DNA of 64,000 nt from positions 43,716,401 through 43,780,400 of the forward strand of contig CM120641.1 in the NCBI GenBank assembly GCA_051362555.1, written 5' to 3'. Position numbers and translations under genes: made by a program. The notes under the pieces were generated by a model. The model saw only the letters and a list, made by a program, of their open reading frames with translations. It was not told the origin of the DNA and did not search any database. How positions within the stretch are numbered: position 1 is the first letter of the stretch; the number at the start of each line of letters is the position of its first letter. The DNA comes from Lingula anatina (Eukaryota > Animalia > Brachiopoda). Shown here piece after piece: positions 1-14,000 of the stretch.

Positions 1-55
1 TTTTGAAATTAATTTTCAGTGGACTCTTAATATAAATTCTCTAAACGTAATTTAC

Positions 56-2571
56 CTGAAACACTTTAGCGGGCGTGAGTTGTAAGTTAGCCTTCTTCCA
101 ACCTTGACCTTGGTCACCTTTCTTTGACCAGACGATTCTCGGTTTCCCGCCGAATTCTTGTAAAATCAGGTTCAAGGAGCCCATGCCATCTCCATACATG
201 TTGTAGTAAAAGCTGAAACACTTTTTGCTGGTTCCCTGCAAAAAAGTTTTGCTTTCTGAAAGTCGTGTTTTATTCCTTTTCTCCGTTAATATGAACATTT
301 GATACATGTTTATTAGCAGAACAATAAGTTAGTATTCTAAGATGGTAGAGGCTTATAGAGGTTTAAGATATACAAATCAAAGACGAAAGCAACGTGCATA
401 AAATCCCAAGGATGACAAACGCAGGATATGTGACGAACACCTTTAATGAATTGCACTGAGGTTATAATTGAACGATCCCCCTGACAATCACGTCATTGTA
501 ATTATCCAAGCTGTAATTAAGGTTCCAGATTAGGTAAGGTGGTATTATTGGAAAAAACTAAAAAACTCACTTCAAAGTACGGCGAGGCAACCTGGGCAGT
601 GTCTCCACGGACACGAGGACTGGAGGTTTCGATATAGATGTATTGGCCTATGAATATTATATGAAACAGGAGTCAGTTTTGGCAAATATTTGTGACCAGA
701 AGTTGGTCTTAATTAATTCTAACACCAGAAATTATTATCTATTTTCATCAGTGGTGTTCCAGTAGAATTAAATATTTCACATATTCTTAATTTAGATACA
801 AAAAAAGCTTATGCCCGAGATCTATACGATTTGGCACTCAACGAGCTAAAGGTTTTTTTTTTTTTTTCATAGGTACATTTGGATGAAAAAACAATTTACA
901 GTGGGATACGTCTTGTTCAATTCTTTACAATATGACTTGCTTCAGCAACCTGTCGAATTCACCTGAAAATACTAAATTTTAGTACAGCAATATAATTAAA
1001 ACATGGATTATAATATATTCTGCGTCTTACCTTTCTTGCAATCTCTCCTGTCACACTGTGGACCTGTTGCTGAAGACCCCGTAGTTCCCCGGATCAGCGT
1101 CCAGTCAAATGTGTCGTCTGCTGCTTGGGTCCAGCCACACATGTCCTTATTGAAGTCACAAGTGTGGATCGTTTGTAGTATTATACCTTAGTAGGTAGGT
1201 AGGAAAATTATAAAGATGTGGAATCTAGGATTTGGGTTTAGGCAGACAGTTCTGTCCACATAAGTCATGAGAATTTGGGTTTTTTCTTTTTTTTTAATTT
1301 TTAAATCTGTTTTTTTCAGCAAATGTCAGTTGAGAAGAAGCTGAATTATAATACATGTGATTTGATTTGTGAGCCATAAAAACAACGACTGTTCGAATTA
1401 TTGTATGAAAATATTTCAGTTACATGCAGGAGTGCGGTATGAGCATAGGGCAATTATTGGTATAACCTACCAGCGTTCCATTTGCCTTTGTTTCCAGTCA
1501 ATGTTTTCGGGAAGAACAGCTGCTTTAGAACATCGGTTTCACTTTCGATATTGATACAGCTGGTCAATAACACATCGTCTAAGGCGATATCACTTTTAAA
1601 GCTCATACCCCGAACAGCTTCGAGGACAATCTGCAAACAAGAGAAACAGTTGAGTCCGTATGGCAAATCATATCAAACTGACCCCCCCTCCCTTCGATTT
1701 CTGAAATTAGAATTTTGAAAAGCTGAATCAAAGTTCTAAACCGTACCAAATGGCACCGTCCGCCCTCTTAAAAATACCTTGAACGTTTCCCGTGGTTTTA
1801 AGCGTATAATAGTCGTTTTCCAGCCTGGACCCTGGTCTCCAGTTATGGTCTGTAGTGTTTCGTTGCTGGCGCCCTCTATCATGTACGTGATCACTTCCCC
1901 AGCCTCGCTTCCGTACATGGAATACGCAAACCTGGAAAAACACGAGCGATGTCAATAAACCCTCCCAAAGTGTATAAAGATGATATTATTAATTGTTATA
2001 CATGTAACACTGCAACAGCGAAGATCAGAATTATATGCGCTCCAATATCCATGTGTCTAGGATAATTTAAATTGTACTTTTTTCAATTTTTTCTAATCTT
2101 AAAATAGTTGCCAAGTTGCACATTAGTGTTTACTTATTTAATTTCGATTGTTTGATTACATGGGCTCTTTATACATGTATCAGTTACATGTATGACATTG
2201 GTCTACGTATATTTATGTATGTACGCACATGACAAAGTCATCAGCAAATGTAAGTCAACCCCTAAGATATGTTCCATATGAATTGCAAAACTCACCAAAT
2301 TGACTTGCGCCACCCTAAATCTTATTACCTAAGACAAATGTCCTGGGCGCCCAGCGGCTTGTGAACCAGTGGCGAGGTCAGTCTGGCTCGATGACCACGT
2401 GCGGACGGCTCGGATGCCTCCAAGTACAGGTAGTGACCTAAACATATAGTACGTCAAGTTTCCGTGAAAAAATGTATGGAGCATACAAGTACGTTACGTA
2501 TTGCAACCATGTGTAAAGCTATAATTAACTTAGATTTGTCATTTTATTTTGACTTGAAAGTGGTAGGACTT

Positions 2572-2609
<38 letters not shown>

Positions 2610-5600
2610 TGTTTGTGTGTGTAGTTAAAATTAGATACAAGGGCAGGTTTCAATATACAAAAGTATTTTCGGATGAAAATGTTATCTTTACTTCAACTGA
2701 GGATAAATCTGTAGTAGTCCTCTGACATAAATGAAATACTGGTCTAAAATCTCTTTCGCTTAATGATATTCCTCTTAATTCGATTACTACCGTATAAACT
2801 AGGATGAAATACGGTTACGAGTATATTGACATTTTCAGTGTGGTTTTAATAGGACCCCACATTTACCTTCTGATGTCTGCAGAGTATGGTCAAAGTCCGG
2901 GCCTGTGTTGGCGCTCGGTGTCGCCCCCTGTTGATATGTAAAGTTTTGTTGGTCGTCTGCTGTGTTTTGCTGCCAGCCGCAGAGGTCCGGAGTCTCAAAA
3001 TTACAGTATGAGATGGTATTGAGAGCGACTGAAATGTAACACCTTGTTTCAAAATTGAACTGATATTGTCAGGCAAAATTTAGTCACAGTATGAAGACTG
3101 AGCAGCCACTTTATTGAATTTCGCACGCTATGATATAAAAGCGACGTTTTTACTTTCTGTTCTCATTTTTCTGCAAACGCTTTAACCTTTATTTTAATTT
3201 ACACTTAAATTAGTTTGTAAAGTTATAAACGACCTCGTCTGGAAGCTTCCAAAACAATTACATAACTGATCAGAAACGACAAAACGGCAGGATACTTCAG
3301 GCGCCAGTACAGGCGCAGGGGAACCTGTACTGAAATGATTCAATAGGGCTTTGGTTAATTATAGTGGTAATGGAAAATATCATCTGAGATTGCTAAAAAA
3401 CGAGGCCACTGACTTTGCGTGACCCTTGATATGAGAAAAGAAGACGTGAAACAGTCCGCCAGAGGTAGGGTTAACTTTTCAGTAATAAAAAGGGTACAAC
3501 TCCTTGTGCTTGGAATATCGTCTTAGCAATCAGCTATACAAAAGTGTCACGCAAAGAGTGGTGAATTTGCGTTGTTGTTGTGCAGTGGACTTTAAGTCGA
3601 CAGAATTTAAGAGAAAACAGCAATAAAAGTACCCATAAAAGGGTACTGTCAGTTTCATCCGAATCCAAACTGCATTCGAAAGCCATTGCCATAATTTCTG
3701 ATCCCATTTTCCTCCACATCCCGCGAAATTTCGCTAGAATTTATACGAAAGCCCTCTGAGATGACTCCCATTGTATCTTTACTAATACTTACGTATACAT
3801 TCCGGCACTTTGCCCGACCAGATTCCGGTATATGTGCACCAGCGCACGCGGCTGCCCACGAGGAGGTAACCAGGGGAGCAGGAATACGTGACGTTAGAAC
3901 CGACGGTGAAGTCGTCCCCGTCCCAGCCGCCGTTAACTGGAATACCGGGATCACCGCAGCCCCGTATACCTGGAAGACGGCGTGAATTTTTTGGTTGTTT
4001 GCAATATCTGATTTATAAAATGTATGCCACCAATGTTGTTTTTAAGCCAGCTTCATGAATTTATCCCGTTTTATCATTAATATCATCAAGTTTTTTTAGT
4101 TAACATAAGCATTTTTATTATCAGTGGTAGTAGTAGAAATAGTACATGTAGTATCATCGATATAACATAAATCACTATTTATTTATACATGTGTATATAT
4201 TTGTTTGTTTCATCACTTACTGCAGTTATACAGTGAGTTAATTTTGTAGATGTCTACTTGGCTGAGTTTTTCCCTCTGTCCCATGGACCTGACGGCTTCC
4301 GTCACGTTCACTTTGGGGAACAGCGTCGGCATTGAGGGGTCTATAGCAAATGTGTTGATTTTATAGTGCAGAATGGAGCCGAAATCATAGGGGGCACCCA
4401 AAGTATTCACCTGTTCGGGGTTGACTTTTTCGAAGTTCTGTTTGTGCTCTGAAATGTAAGTCACCATAATAAGAAACGATTGAGAAAAGATTACGCACCA
4501 CCTCAGTTATATTCACACAAGAGGATAATTTGTTTCTCTTTTTGTCTGAGATGTGAAAAGTAATGGTAGAAAAAACAGCAGGTCGCGTGGTATTCGGTGT
4601 AGAATATTTAAAACGTGGCTTCATCAATCTAAATTCAAAAATCTAAGATAAGAAATAGATCATTTGTGCTCTTGTTCACTGAAATTATAAAAATTAATGA
4701 AATGACAATAAGTAAAAATTGAATGATAATGATAATTATTATTAACATAAGACCACTTATAAGTACTTATTACTTCATTGTGTATTATCCTTCAGTTGTT
4801 AAACTACAAGGCGCTGATAATGGAATAATTTGTAGTAGAAACATCATATTGCGGCGAAAAAGTATGCGCTAAACGAGTTTTTTTTAGTCCTACCTATTTG
4901 TATATTATCCCATAATACTGAAATGTAATCATCCCTGTCGGAGCGACTCTGCTCGTGCCAGAACCCCAGCGCGTGCATCAGCTCGTGCATGATCGTGCCT
5001 GGCTGAAAACACCCCTCTGTGAGGGAGACATTCTGGGTACCCCCTCTTTTGCCAACCTCACTGAAACACCTGGTAGATGTAAATAGAAGAACCATGAAGT
5101 ACGTATAGTGAAAATTCATCCTATTACCAAAAGTCCCTCGTGTATTTAATTTATCAGCATGTTCAACATAGCTTCTTGGTAAAAATGTGAAACACGGAGT
5201 TTCGACCCTTCATCAAACGCTATGACTCACAAATACAAATTCGCCTCTTTTAAAAGATTTACTTTTGCGTCATCTTTACACAAGAATAAAATATAATATT
5301 ATTATAAAATTAGCGTAGATTATGATCTTAAATCAGTGAATTTGAGGTCTGATGACACTTGGTCTAACCAGAAAAATGGAAACAAATCAACAACAATGTT
5401 GGATGAAAGCGATGTCTTGGAGGGCATTGACGTCTAGGCGTTAACTCATATAATAAAACAACCATTGACTTTTGCCCAGCACCGGTCGATATCACTTTTG
5501 TGAGGGCTGCAAAAATAATTGACTTCAACCAAAGTCAATACAGTGCATTAAATATTTATAAATAGAGATAATGAAATACCAATCTTACTGATGTACTCTA

Positions 5601-8391
5601 TTTTCATATTTTTCAAGAAATATACACATCAGCGTATACGCAAATGTTTTTTCTGATATATACCCTGAAAGCTGTCTAATGTGTATGTAGTCAGATTCAC
5701 TGGCTCGTGGTTTAAACCGCACACAGGTGAGTTGATGGAACTGGTCCATGGCCGCCTGGATAGATATTTTCACGTAGTCAGCTGAAAGGGTTTAAGACAA
5801 AACTCTTAACAATATAATATTGAATTATGGACACATAATGCTGAAAATTTTCGGCATTATTTTCGATGTATAACTTAAGGGAAACAGAGAAGAATGCAGA
5901 GCAGTAGGGAGAGCGCAGAGAGCAGAAAATTTTATCGGTGATGGTCTCATTAACTTACGGAAGGACTCCTCCACGATGTAGGGGACAATGCGAATATCCC
6001 ACACCTTGTTCCTGTTGTTAACAGCATTTCTCTGACGCCAGGACTAGAAAAAAGTTTAAAAAATATTTAGTGCGTAAGACTGCTGTCAACAGAACAATTA
6101 CAAAATTTATCTTACTTAATTTTTAATCTTTGTTGACAGAGTGTCAAGAGTTTTGAGAAGTGAGGAATCCAATATATAGTGCATTTATATTGTAGTGGTT
6201 GACAAAAAATCACTTAATTAAACTCCATTTTCTACCATAATCAATGATTTGGTTGGAAAATAACTGCTTAGTACATGCATTTATACATCGACTTGTGGAA
6301 TTGTTTATTTTTACATTGTACTATATAAGGGACGAGCCTATGAACTGCATCAAGCTTAACTTAACACGTCAGTAAACTGCACTGACGTTTTCAATTTGTA
6401 AGTTAAAACTTTTGTACTCATTTACAATATAACCATTTCCTTCATTTGTGTATCATCATGAATAAGCACGTAATGATACTCAAAATATAACCCTTATTTA
6501 TCGATGCCCTAGTAATACGATACAATCAGTAATCTTTGAAATAGAAAAGAATTAAAACACAGAATGTGTAACAAGGAAGTTGGGAACGCCATCTAAGGTT
6601 AAAAAAGAATGAAAAGTGGATAAAACTTAAAATTGCCCATATAACACCACTACTACTACTACTACTTCAAAGTATCCTGCCCACATCACCCCCAATTTAT
6701 ATGTATCTGAATAAAAAGTGATTAGTGGGAAGGAAAATTTTGCTTTTCTACCTCGGAAAATATGTTTTTGGGGGAAATCCCGAATGAAATACCTATGAGA
6801 TAAAAGACACATTCTACTTACAGAGTCCACCAGTATGTCTCCCTCCACCAAGGTGACATCAGTTACGCCATTATTTTCTTCCGGGTTTTGCTCAATATCT
6901 TTGGGGCTTGGTCGCCACTGAAGAGAAAGATTCGAGACAAGTAAACATCAGTTCATTTCATTTCATGTCTTCCTTTACAATACCGGTACAGTAGGCCCGT
7001 CTTGTGGATCATGTCGCCCAATGTTTCAGGCTTTTAAGACAATTTTACAAATTATTCAGGTATACATGTATTTGCCTCATATCAACATTTAAATGCAAAA
7101 TTTGTATATAAAACTTGGCTTAATGCCTTGTTAACATAATGTTTTCTGAAAAAAACATTTGTAATACAGCAGACCCTGTATAACTGGTGATACTTAAAAT
7201 TTGATCTATCATTCATTTCGAGAAAAAACTTTTTACTAATTATTCTTTGGTTTTAGTTAGATTTTCTACTAAAAACTAAAACTGGTCCGTTCAAAATAAC
7301 TTACTTGGGCCCAAAAAGTAAAAAAAATTATAAGCCCATCTTTTCCCATTTTCCAAGGGAAATTTCATCATCGGACTTTATGTTATCAAAAAATGTGTCA
7401 AAGGTCGGTTATTTCTAAAAATGCATTTTCTAAAAATTTCTTAAAATAAATCTATTTAATGAAAATAGTCGGACATATCTCACTCGAATCTGTTCAACAA
7501 GAACTGTTGACTAACCCTCCATCCCCGTGCATTATCTAAAATTCTCTGACATTTACATAGCAGTACACATAAGTATGCAAAAGTTGTTAGCCGGATTTTG
7601 CTAACCGAAGCAATATCTCACTATCAGTACCAAACAAACATGAGGTAAGATTTTTTAAAGTCACTAATGGGGTTTCAACCACCCACGCCAGACCTCCACT
7701 CGTATGACGAGGCGATGAAAGTCAACATTCATATTTTAACAGATGGCTGCAATTATCAGATATATGTGGAAGTAGCTCAGAAATCAAATTCTTTCTTTGT
7801 TTGCTCATGAATAGAATTTGCCCCCACCCCTCTGCGCTTCCAAAAAAGCACCTCTGGGCTACGGTAGTTAATTGCTCTTGTCCAAGCATATTTTATAAAT
7901 ATATTTCTGAGTACGGAAAAATATCAGTGTCCTAAGTCGTCTTCCAAGAGTGTTTCTTAAGATTCAACATCATGTACCTTTTGGTATTTTATTGTCTTAT
8001 ACAGCTTCGTTATTTTGTATAAGTGCCTGGCTCAATTTTGCAATCTCATCGTTGTTGAAACGTGTCAGGTATTTACCTGCACCACTATCGTAATCACCTT
8101 CAATATATAAAGGAATACATAGTGGATGACGCTAAGAATGGTTTTCTATAGCTTGCTGCACGTCTAATATCAAATTGTGAGCACATATAAACTCATAGAA
8201 TTCAAGGATAAACAATGTGTTATTATCACGTGCCCAAACAAACAAAATTATAAACCGATACAGGAACAGACGGTGTAAATTTTAAGAAAACCGACATATC
8301 ATGAAATGCTTATGCCACATACCTGTATTGGAAGACATTGGACTTCAAATGCCACGACTATAAGTATTAGCAATGTGATTTTTGTGCTCAT
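56..8391 (-). CDS. Secreted astacin-family (M12A) zinc metalloprotease, meprin-like: signal peptide, propeptide, astacin, Sushi/CCP, MAM, MAM; 3' end lies beyond the left edge
   Basis: Phase-consistent GT-AG exons: 8391-8323 (MSTKITLLILIVVAFEVQCLPIQ), ~6917-6822 (LVEGDI propeptide motif), 6043-5959 (RQRNAV..VW..IVPY), 5781-5664 (TCVRFKPR), 5069-4894 (HELMHALGFWHEQSRSDRD zinc motif), 4448-4221 (PYDFGSILHY), 3969-3793 (Sushi CGDPGIPVNG..YSCSPGYLLVG..WC..GIWSGKVPEC), 3028-2867, 2437-2329, 1931-1778, 1630-1471 (MAM1: CNFE..CGW, HYLYLEAS, DIALDDV), 1186-1031, 647-571, 235-56 (MAM2: CDF..CGW, YIYIETS, CFSFYYNMYG). Confidence 0.95.
2574..2622. repeat. (GT)n microsatellite
   Basis: Near-perfect TG dinucleotide run in an astacin intron. 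Confidence 0.95.
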
Positions 8392-9359
8392 TTCTGTATA
8401 GTTTCTGTTAAGTAACAGCGGAGAATGCTAGGTCGTGTCACTGGTCGGGATACCAGGTAAGTGTAATAAGAAAAGACGCGTAAACGGTGCCTAAAACAGG
8501 ACAAGAGATAAAAGCGATATCAAAAATATTCGCACCTTTATGTTCCGCCATCCCCCTTTGGGGGATATCAATACGGAATGTTTGACTGAGATAAGTGAAA
8601 ATTTTCAAGTGGTTTTGTTTTCAAATTGAAAAGTCGGTTCTTATCTCAGCGTTTACCTTTCAGTTAGATTTGAGTGTTTGTAAAGCAGAGGGAAACTACA
8701 CCGGTGTTATGGGTTACAGCTGAATGAAATGGATGGCTGAAGCACTGCGCATGTCCTTATACAAGATAAAGCGTATTTCAAGGTGATATCTATAATAAAA
8801 CAGGTTAATCCCTGATCATGCAATCACATTAAAACTAATTATTCCCATGAAACTGCAATAGTTTTTTCATGCCCTTTAACTGCCAAACTTGACAGGCACG
8901 TGGGGCAACTTAATGGCACTTTTTTTAAATGTTCAAAATACAACCTTACACCGGACTTCCTCTCATCCACGTCACAGGTATGCGCGTGGGAGGCGTGTGC
9001 CATGGACCCACACGTGCTAGCCTCGTGTGAATAGACATATGCCCCAAAGTAGGGGAAACCGATAAGATTGTGCGGCATGGGGCGCCGTGTGTATTTAACA
9101 TGAGGATTAGTGACAGGATCTTTTGCTGGAGTTGGTCAGGAAGAACATTCACATGCAAAGGGTGGGGTAGGGGTGTTCAACATTACCCTGGACACTGATG
9201 CCAATACTACACAAATATAGGCCTACAATTAAGCCCGTTTCATAAAAAGGGAAGGATATGTTTAGCGGGTACATACTTTAATTGTGTGGACTATTGTACG
9301 AAATTATCATAAACAGAGGTAGGCTAAAATCTCGGTGTTTATGTTGAGGCCAAATTTTG

Positions 9360-9497
9360 TTAAACCTACCCTCTACCAGGGCCACAGATTGACTTTTCAC
9401 AGGATATTCACAGATATGTCTTTAGATAAATAGAAGATCATTTTACTTTCTCTGATTTTCCCTATATAATCTACCACCCTGGTAGAGGGTATGTTAA
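9360..9497. mobile_element. Small non-autonomous inverted-repeat element (MITE-like) flanked by TTAA
   Basis: 15-bp perfect inverted repeat TACCCTCTACCAGGG (9367-9381) / CCCTGGTAGAGGGTA (9477-9491); TTAA at 9360-9363 and 9494-9497. Confidence 0.5.
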
Positions 9498-10115
9498 ACC
9501 TGCCCCAGAGATGAAGGTATGCAGCAGCTGGTTGCCTCAGTGTGATCCCGCTGGAGCACCTAACACACGGGTTGGTTGTCGCACAGCAAATGCATTACGT
9601 AGGTCTTGCCTTACCAGGAGCTGTCTAACACGGGATTTGTTAGCCCAATTATTGGATGTGTCAGGTTTGTTCCAGACATCGTAACAAGAATGTAAACCTA
9701 TTGAGAAAAATAAAAAGTCATTAAAGCTCACATATGGCTCGTATACATCATAATTCAAACGAAAAGTCATAGCTATTTCGTTCTGCCAATTAGACGTCTG
9801 ATGTCACGCTAAAACTACACTTAATGCTTTTGAATTACACTCTTAGTCCAATAAAGCTAAGATTTCTATGTGATGTTATTTTTGTTGACAATCAGTATCT
9901 TTTTTGCTTCTGGTTAAAAGGGAAACCATTTTTTCTTCTTGTAACCCGCTGCGTTCGAGGAATGTATGTAGGCTTACTATAGATACAACTAGACATGACA
10001 TAGGAGACATTGTTTTCTGACATATTATCTCCCTTGGTCGCTTTATTTTGCCTTCCAAGTGCGTTCGTTTAACTTTGATGCTTGTAAAATTCAAATTGTG
10101 AGTATAGATTGAAAA

Positions 10116-10117
<2 letters not shown>

Positions 10118-10184
<67 letters not shown>
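10118..10184. repeat. (TA)n microsatellite
   Basis: Perfect TA run. Confidence 0.97.
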
Positions 10185-10187
<3 letters not shown>

Positions 10188-10740
10188 AAAAAAGATTAAA
10201 ATACCTCCCCGGTTTTCTGTGGTTTTTACATGGTAACACTACCCTTTGGCCTCTGTTTTCCTATCTTATGCATTGATTGATAACACCACCAATAAATACA
10301 CAAGGTTCAAAGTTCAAATGCTTTTATTTTCTACGCACTGTGCCATGTGTCAATGGGCGTTTGTTCCCACAGCAATGTGATGCACTGAGGAACCTTCAAT
10401 CATTTGCAAAATGGATGTATCCCCTTGACCTCTGGTTCTTGCTCAATGGTAACGACTTTTCCAGTCGGCGTTTGCATTAAACAAGAATATTGAGACCAAT
10501 AGAATGATTTCCATTGCAAAGTATTTCCTGGACGTTAAATGAAGCAGTCCTTCGTTTTTTAAATCGATTTTATGGCTCCAATCAAACAGACTAAGCGTTC
10601 TCAATTTGTTTGATTATAATAGCAATTGAAGTAAAAAGTAAAGTAAAATTATGACCTATGTAAATCAATCGTTGGAAGAGAAACTTCAGACATACATGTA
10701 GATGTCGAAACTATCTCTCAAATTTAGAAAGTGAAGCCCC

Positions 10741-10747
10741 TATAAAA
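10741..10747 (+). promoter_or_regulatory. Candidate TATA box of the CAP-domain gene
   Basis: TATAAAA about 280 bp upstream of the ATG at 11024; a possible 5'UTR splice donor (GG|gtaagc) lies near 10832. Confidence 0.45.
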
Positions 10748-11023
10748 GACCACCGAAGAGGAGACCAATGTATCTTATGTCTGCAAGTTTGCGGTCCCCC
10801 TTTTAAAATCAGCCTCCTTTTCGGGATACTGGGGTAAGCCACATAAGCTGCTGCAAAAACCAAATGGAGACCGTGATTTGGGGAGACAGCTAGCGTGAAT
10901 TATGGGATAGTTCTCGCAACAAAGCTTTTGCCCTGTTGGCAGGAACCTCGGTCTGAGTAGGGACAAACTTTTTCCTGGGCGAATGCTGAAGAAATTTCAC
11001 TGGCCAAGCAAATCTAAACAAAC

Positions 11024-14000
11024 ATGATGGAAGCTTGTCGACTTTTTCTGCTCCTGGCCTTTGTTTTGACAGCATCCGCCGTGAGTTTGGAAAGGCAAAA
11101 ACGGGTGAGTTCTAGCAACACATCTTTTGTTTAAGTTTCAAATTGTATTGCAATTTATATGTGGCAAGTCACTGAGAAATGTTTTTTTTTTTAAGATTAC
11201 ATAATTTTGACAAAGAATAAATTTTCTTTGCTAATTGGGAGCAATATACCTGAATGTTTGCAAAGTTTGCTTCACAGTGAGAGTGGATGGACACATTACA
11301 CCATATCATTCGCTCGGGCAATTTGGAAGGCAGGTTCCAGATGGTTATAAGTTAAATCAGTGTCTGGGTCATGGGATATTTTAACGCTACTTCAGAAGTG
11401 GGATATACAACAAGGAACTGTTGTATTATGTTTACCATTACTAGTGTAGAAAAAGCGCAGGGCTCTGGTTCTGGAGAATGGAATTTCCTGATTGGCGCGC
11501 ACCCATACCAATGTTCACTTATTGTTGGAGGCAATTTTTCCTTAAAATAATTTACTTTTTTTGAATATCTAAGTAATTAATTCTATTTTCACGCTATAAT
11601 AAATTTGAGCTTTTTGAATGAAACAGGCGCACGCATAAATAAAGCGAGCTCAGCGTGATTCGACTTCATGGAGTGTGTTTGGTAAGGTCTAGACTTTTTA
11701 TCTCCGAAATTACCGCCGACTGCCCAAAAATTAAGGTACAAATTGGTATTTATACGAACAAATTGACAGCACGTCGTTCTGGCTAATCCAACTCAACCGA
11801 CCTCATACGCCGCAAAGGGGACTTACAGCAGGAAACGATAGCTTCGCAGTTACACGGGCAACTTGACTTTTCTGTTTTTTGTTGACCTCGTAGAATTTAA
11901 AACACATGCATCGGAATTTTGGGAATGATTTTTAAGGTGTATGTACACAACAAAGCGGCACAGAGATCTTTGATATCCACGTGCATTCTCAATCAGCGCC
12001 GACGTAAAAGGATCAACATAAAATCAACCATTGTCTGAAAGCATTAGCGAGACTCAGAAGTTAGCATAACAGACAACGCACGTCTTAATGCCTGGCCTGT
12101 GTGCAGGAGACGTTACTTTTTCCTTTGAACCATGTTTACAAGATTAAAACGCCTTCGTTCACTAGCAGCTACTTTGTGTAATTTTGTTTAGCGTGATGTA
12201 TGTGTGTCTCCTGCAGCTGTCTCTATCTCATTTTTACTCAAGCCTAAGATCTATGTAGCAAAAAGCCACTTTCAGAACACGATAGCAAGTCAGCACATGA
12301 TTCGCAAATTAGGAAAAAATCTGAAAAAAAGTTAATAAGATTATGACTCTCCTCGAGGGCAAAAGTACTGTTAGTGGTAGGTAAGGCAATGCGTGAGCGT
12401 TTCAAATAATCTCATGTAGGAGAGAAAAAGCAATGAGGGCGGCGGGTAGGCAGGCTTTTCGATGAAAAGTAACATATCCATTGGCGTCTGTATTGTATTT
12501 CTCATTAACTGTAGAGAATTAAGCCACAGTAATTTCTGACATATGCTTACTGACTAACCTTTTCCATAAGTTTCACAGTTCAAAAGAATTTCAACAGGGT
12601 TCGAATTAAAGAAAGACTAATATAATACTTTTCATGTTACCAGCCTCTCTGTAACAATTCTAACTATCTGCATCTTAGTCTATGTATTGAAAGTTTTTTG
12701 TTTTTTTTTTGTTATTATTATTATTATTTTTTTTTTTTGTTATTATTATTTTTTTTTTTTTAGTTTTGTCAGAACAGACTGAATGAATGCGGAATTTTAT
12801 GCTTAATACTCGTGCAAATGTACACGTACCTGAATTTTATCTTGCCTCGGAGGATTTGGTTGCTTTTAGATTGGAAACGGTGACGGATCGAAAACGGATC
12901 TCACTTAGGATATATATATGTGTGTCTGTTGAAACATATATAGCGAGGCCAGAGGTGTCACCGTTCTCTACATATCAATTTATCATATTTATTCACCATT
13001 CCAATAAAAATTTACTTGCGTACATGCGGGAGAAGTTGTATACATCATAAACTGGCTGCTTCTGATTCTTAACTTTGACCCCGTTATTTAAGTGACAAAA
13101 AATATCAGGTGATATTGAAGCAACCATGTTAAATTTAGATTTACGCATGTGGCACACGTGTCCGTTGTTCCAGAGGTGGAAGGCAGGGTGAGAAACTGGC
13201 GGCACAGACAACCATCTTACAACCAGAACTGCAGTAAATTTAAGCACGGTCACTACGTTTTTTCTTCCAAACGATTGACCTTCTGCCATTGGACCAGAAA
13301 ATGTAAAAATTGAGCAAGATCTTTAGTTCATTTTGGTACTCTTTTAGTGCCTTAATTTCGACCCATTCCTTTGATTTTTTTCTTCTTTTTTCTTTAAAAG
13401 CCTTTTTTCGTAAAGAACTCCCGCTTTGACAGATTATAATATTTAACACGAGTAATCCGCTCGCAGCTTCTGTTTTGGGGTTTGGTAAAAGGAAAGCAAT
13501 GGTCCAACTGCTTAAATGGATTTTTAAGCGTAAACCTGTCCGTTTGCATTAACTCCCAGTGCGGTGAATGGGTATTAACCCTAAAACTAGAACCCATTTC
13601 AAGCACTGTAGGCTATGTACGCGTCAACTTATAATATGTAATAAAAACTGAGATATTGCTGCAGATGGCGACCGAGATGGAACGTGTTTGCTCTTGAAGG
13701 GGCATTACGACGGATCCGAAGAGAGGAAATAATTTTGCAAATTTTCTGAGGTTTTCAGCAGTTTAGCACTCCTAATAACCACTCTTAGAAATAATGTATA
13801 ATACTTTTCAATACTGTATGAAAGCATTCAGACAATTTGCAGTCACTTTCATACCTTGTATTCTCAAATTCGAGTAAGAAAAAGGAAAAGTAATTTTAAC
13901 TAGGCAAGAACTTAAAAATTATTCTGAGTATGGAAAATAAAAGGTTGGAAGAAATTTTCGGTTTAAAAACTAATGGTCAGGTTCTTTTTTAGCAAGTGGG

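Noticed and set aside
3655-3985. ORF-track ORFs on both strands over the GC-rich Sushi exon
   Set aside because: Shadow frames; the real frame encodes the Sushi domain.
7978-8098. Exon-like segment in astacin intron 1 (GDYDSGAGKYLTRFNNDEIAKLSQAL..)
   Set aside because: The protein-like frame has an in-frame TAA and its phases do not fit the flanking phase-0 junctions; exon 1 joins the 6917 exon cleanly without it.
9537-9770. 77-aa minus-strand ORF with a plausible acceptor
   Set aside because: No recognisable motif and no partner exon found.
9876-10187. ORFs with IYIY, CVCV, THTH, LSLS or poly-I/L runs here and elsewhere
   Set aside because: Artefacts of microsatellites.
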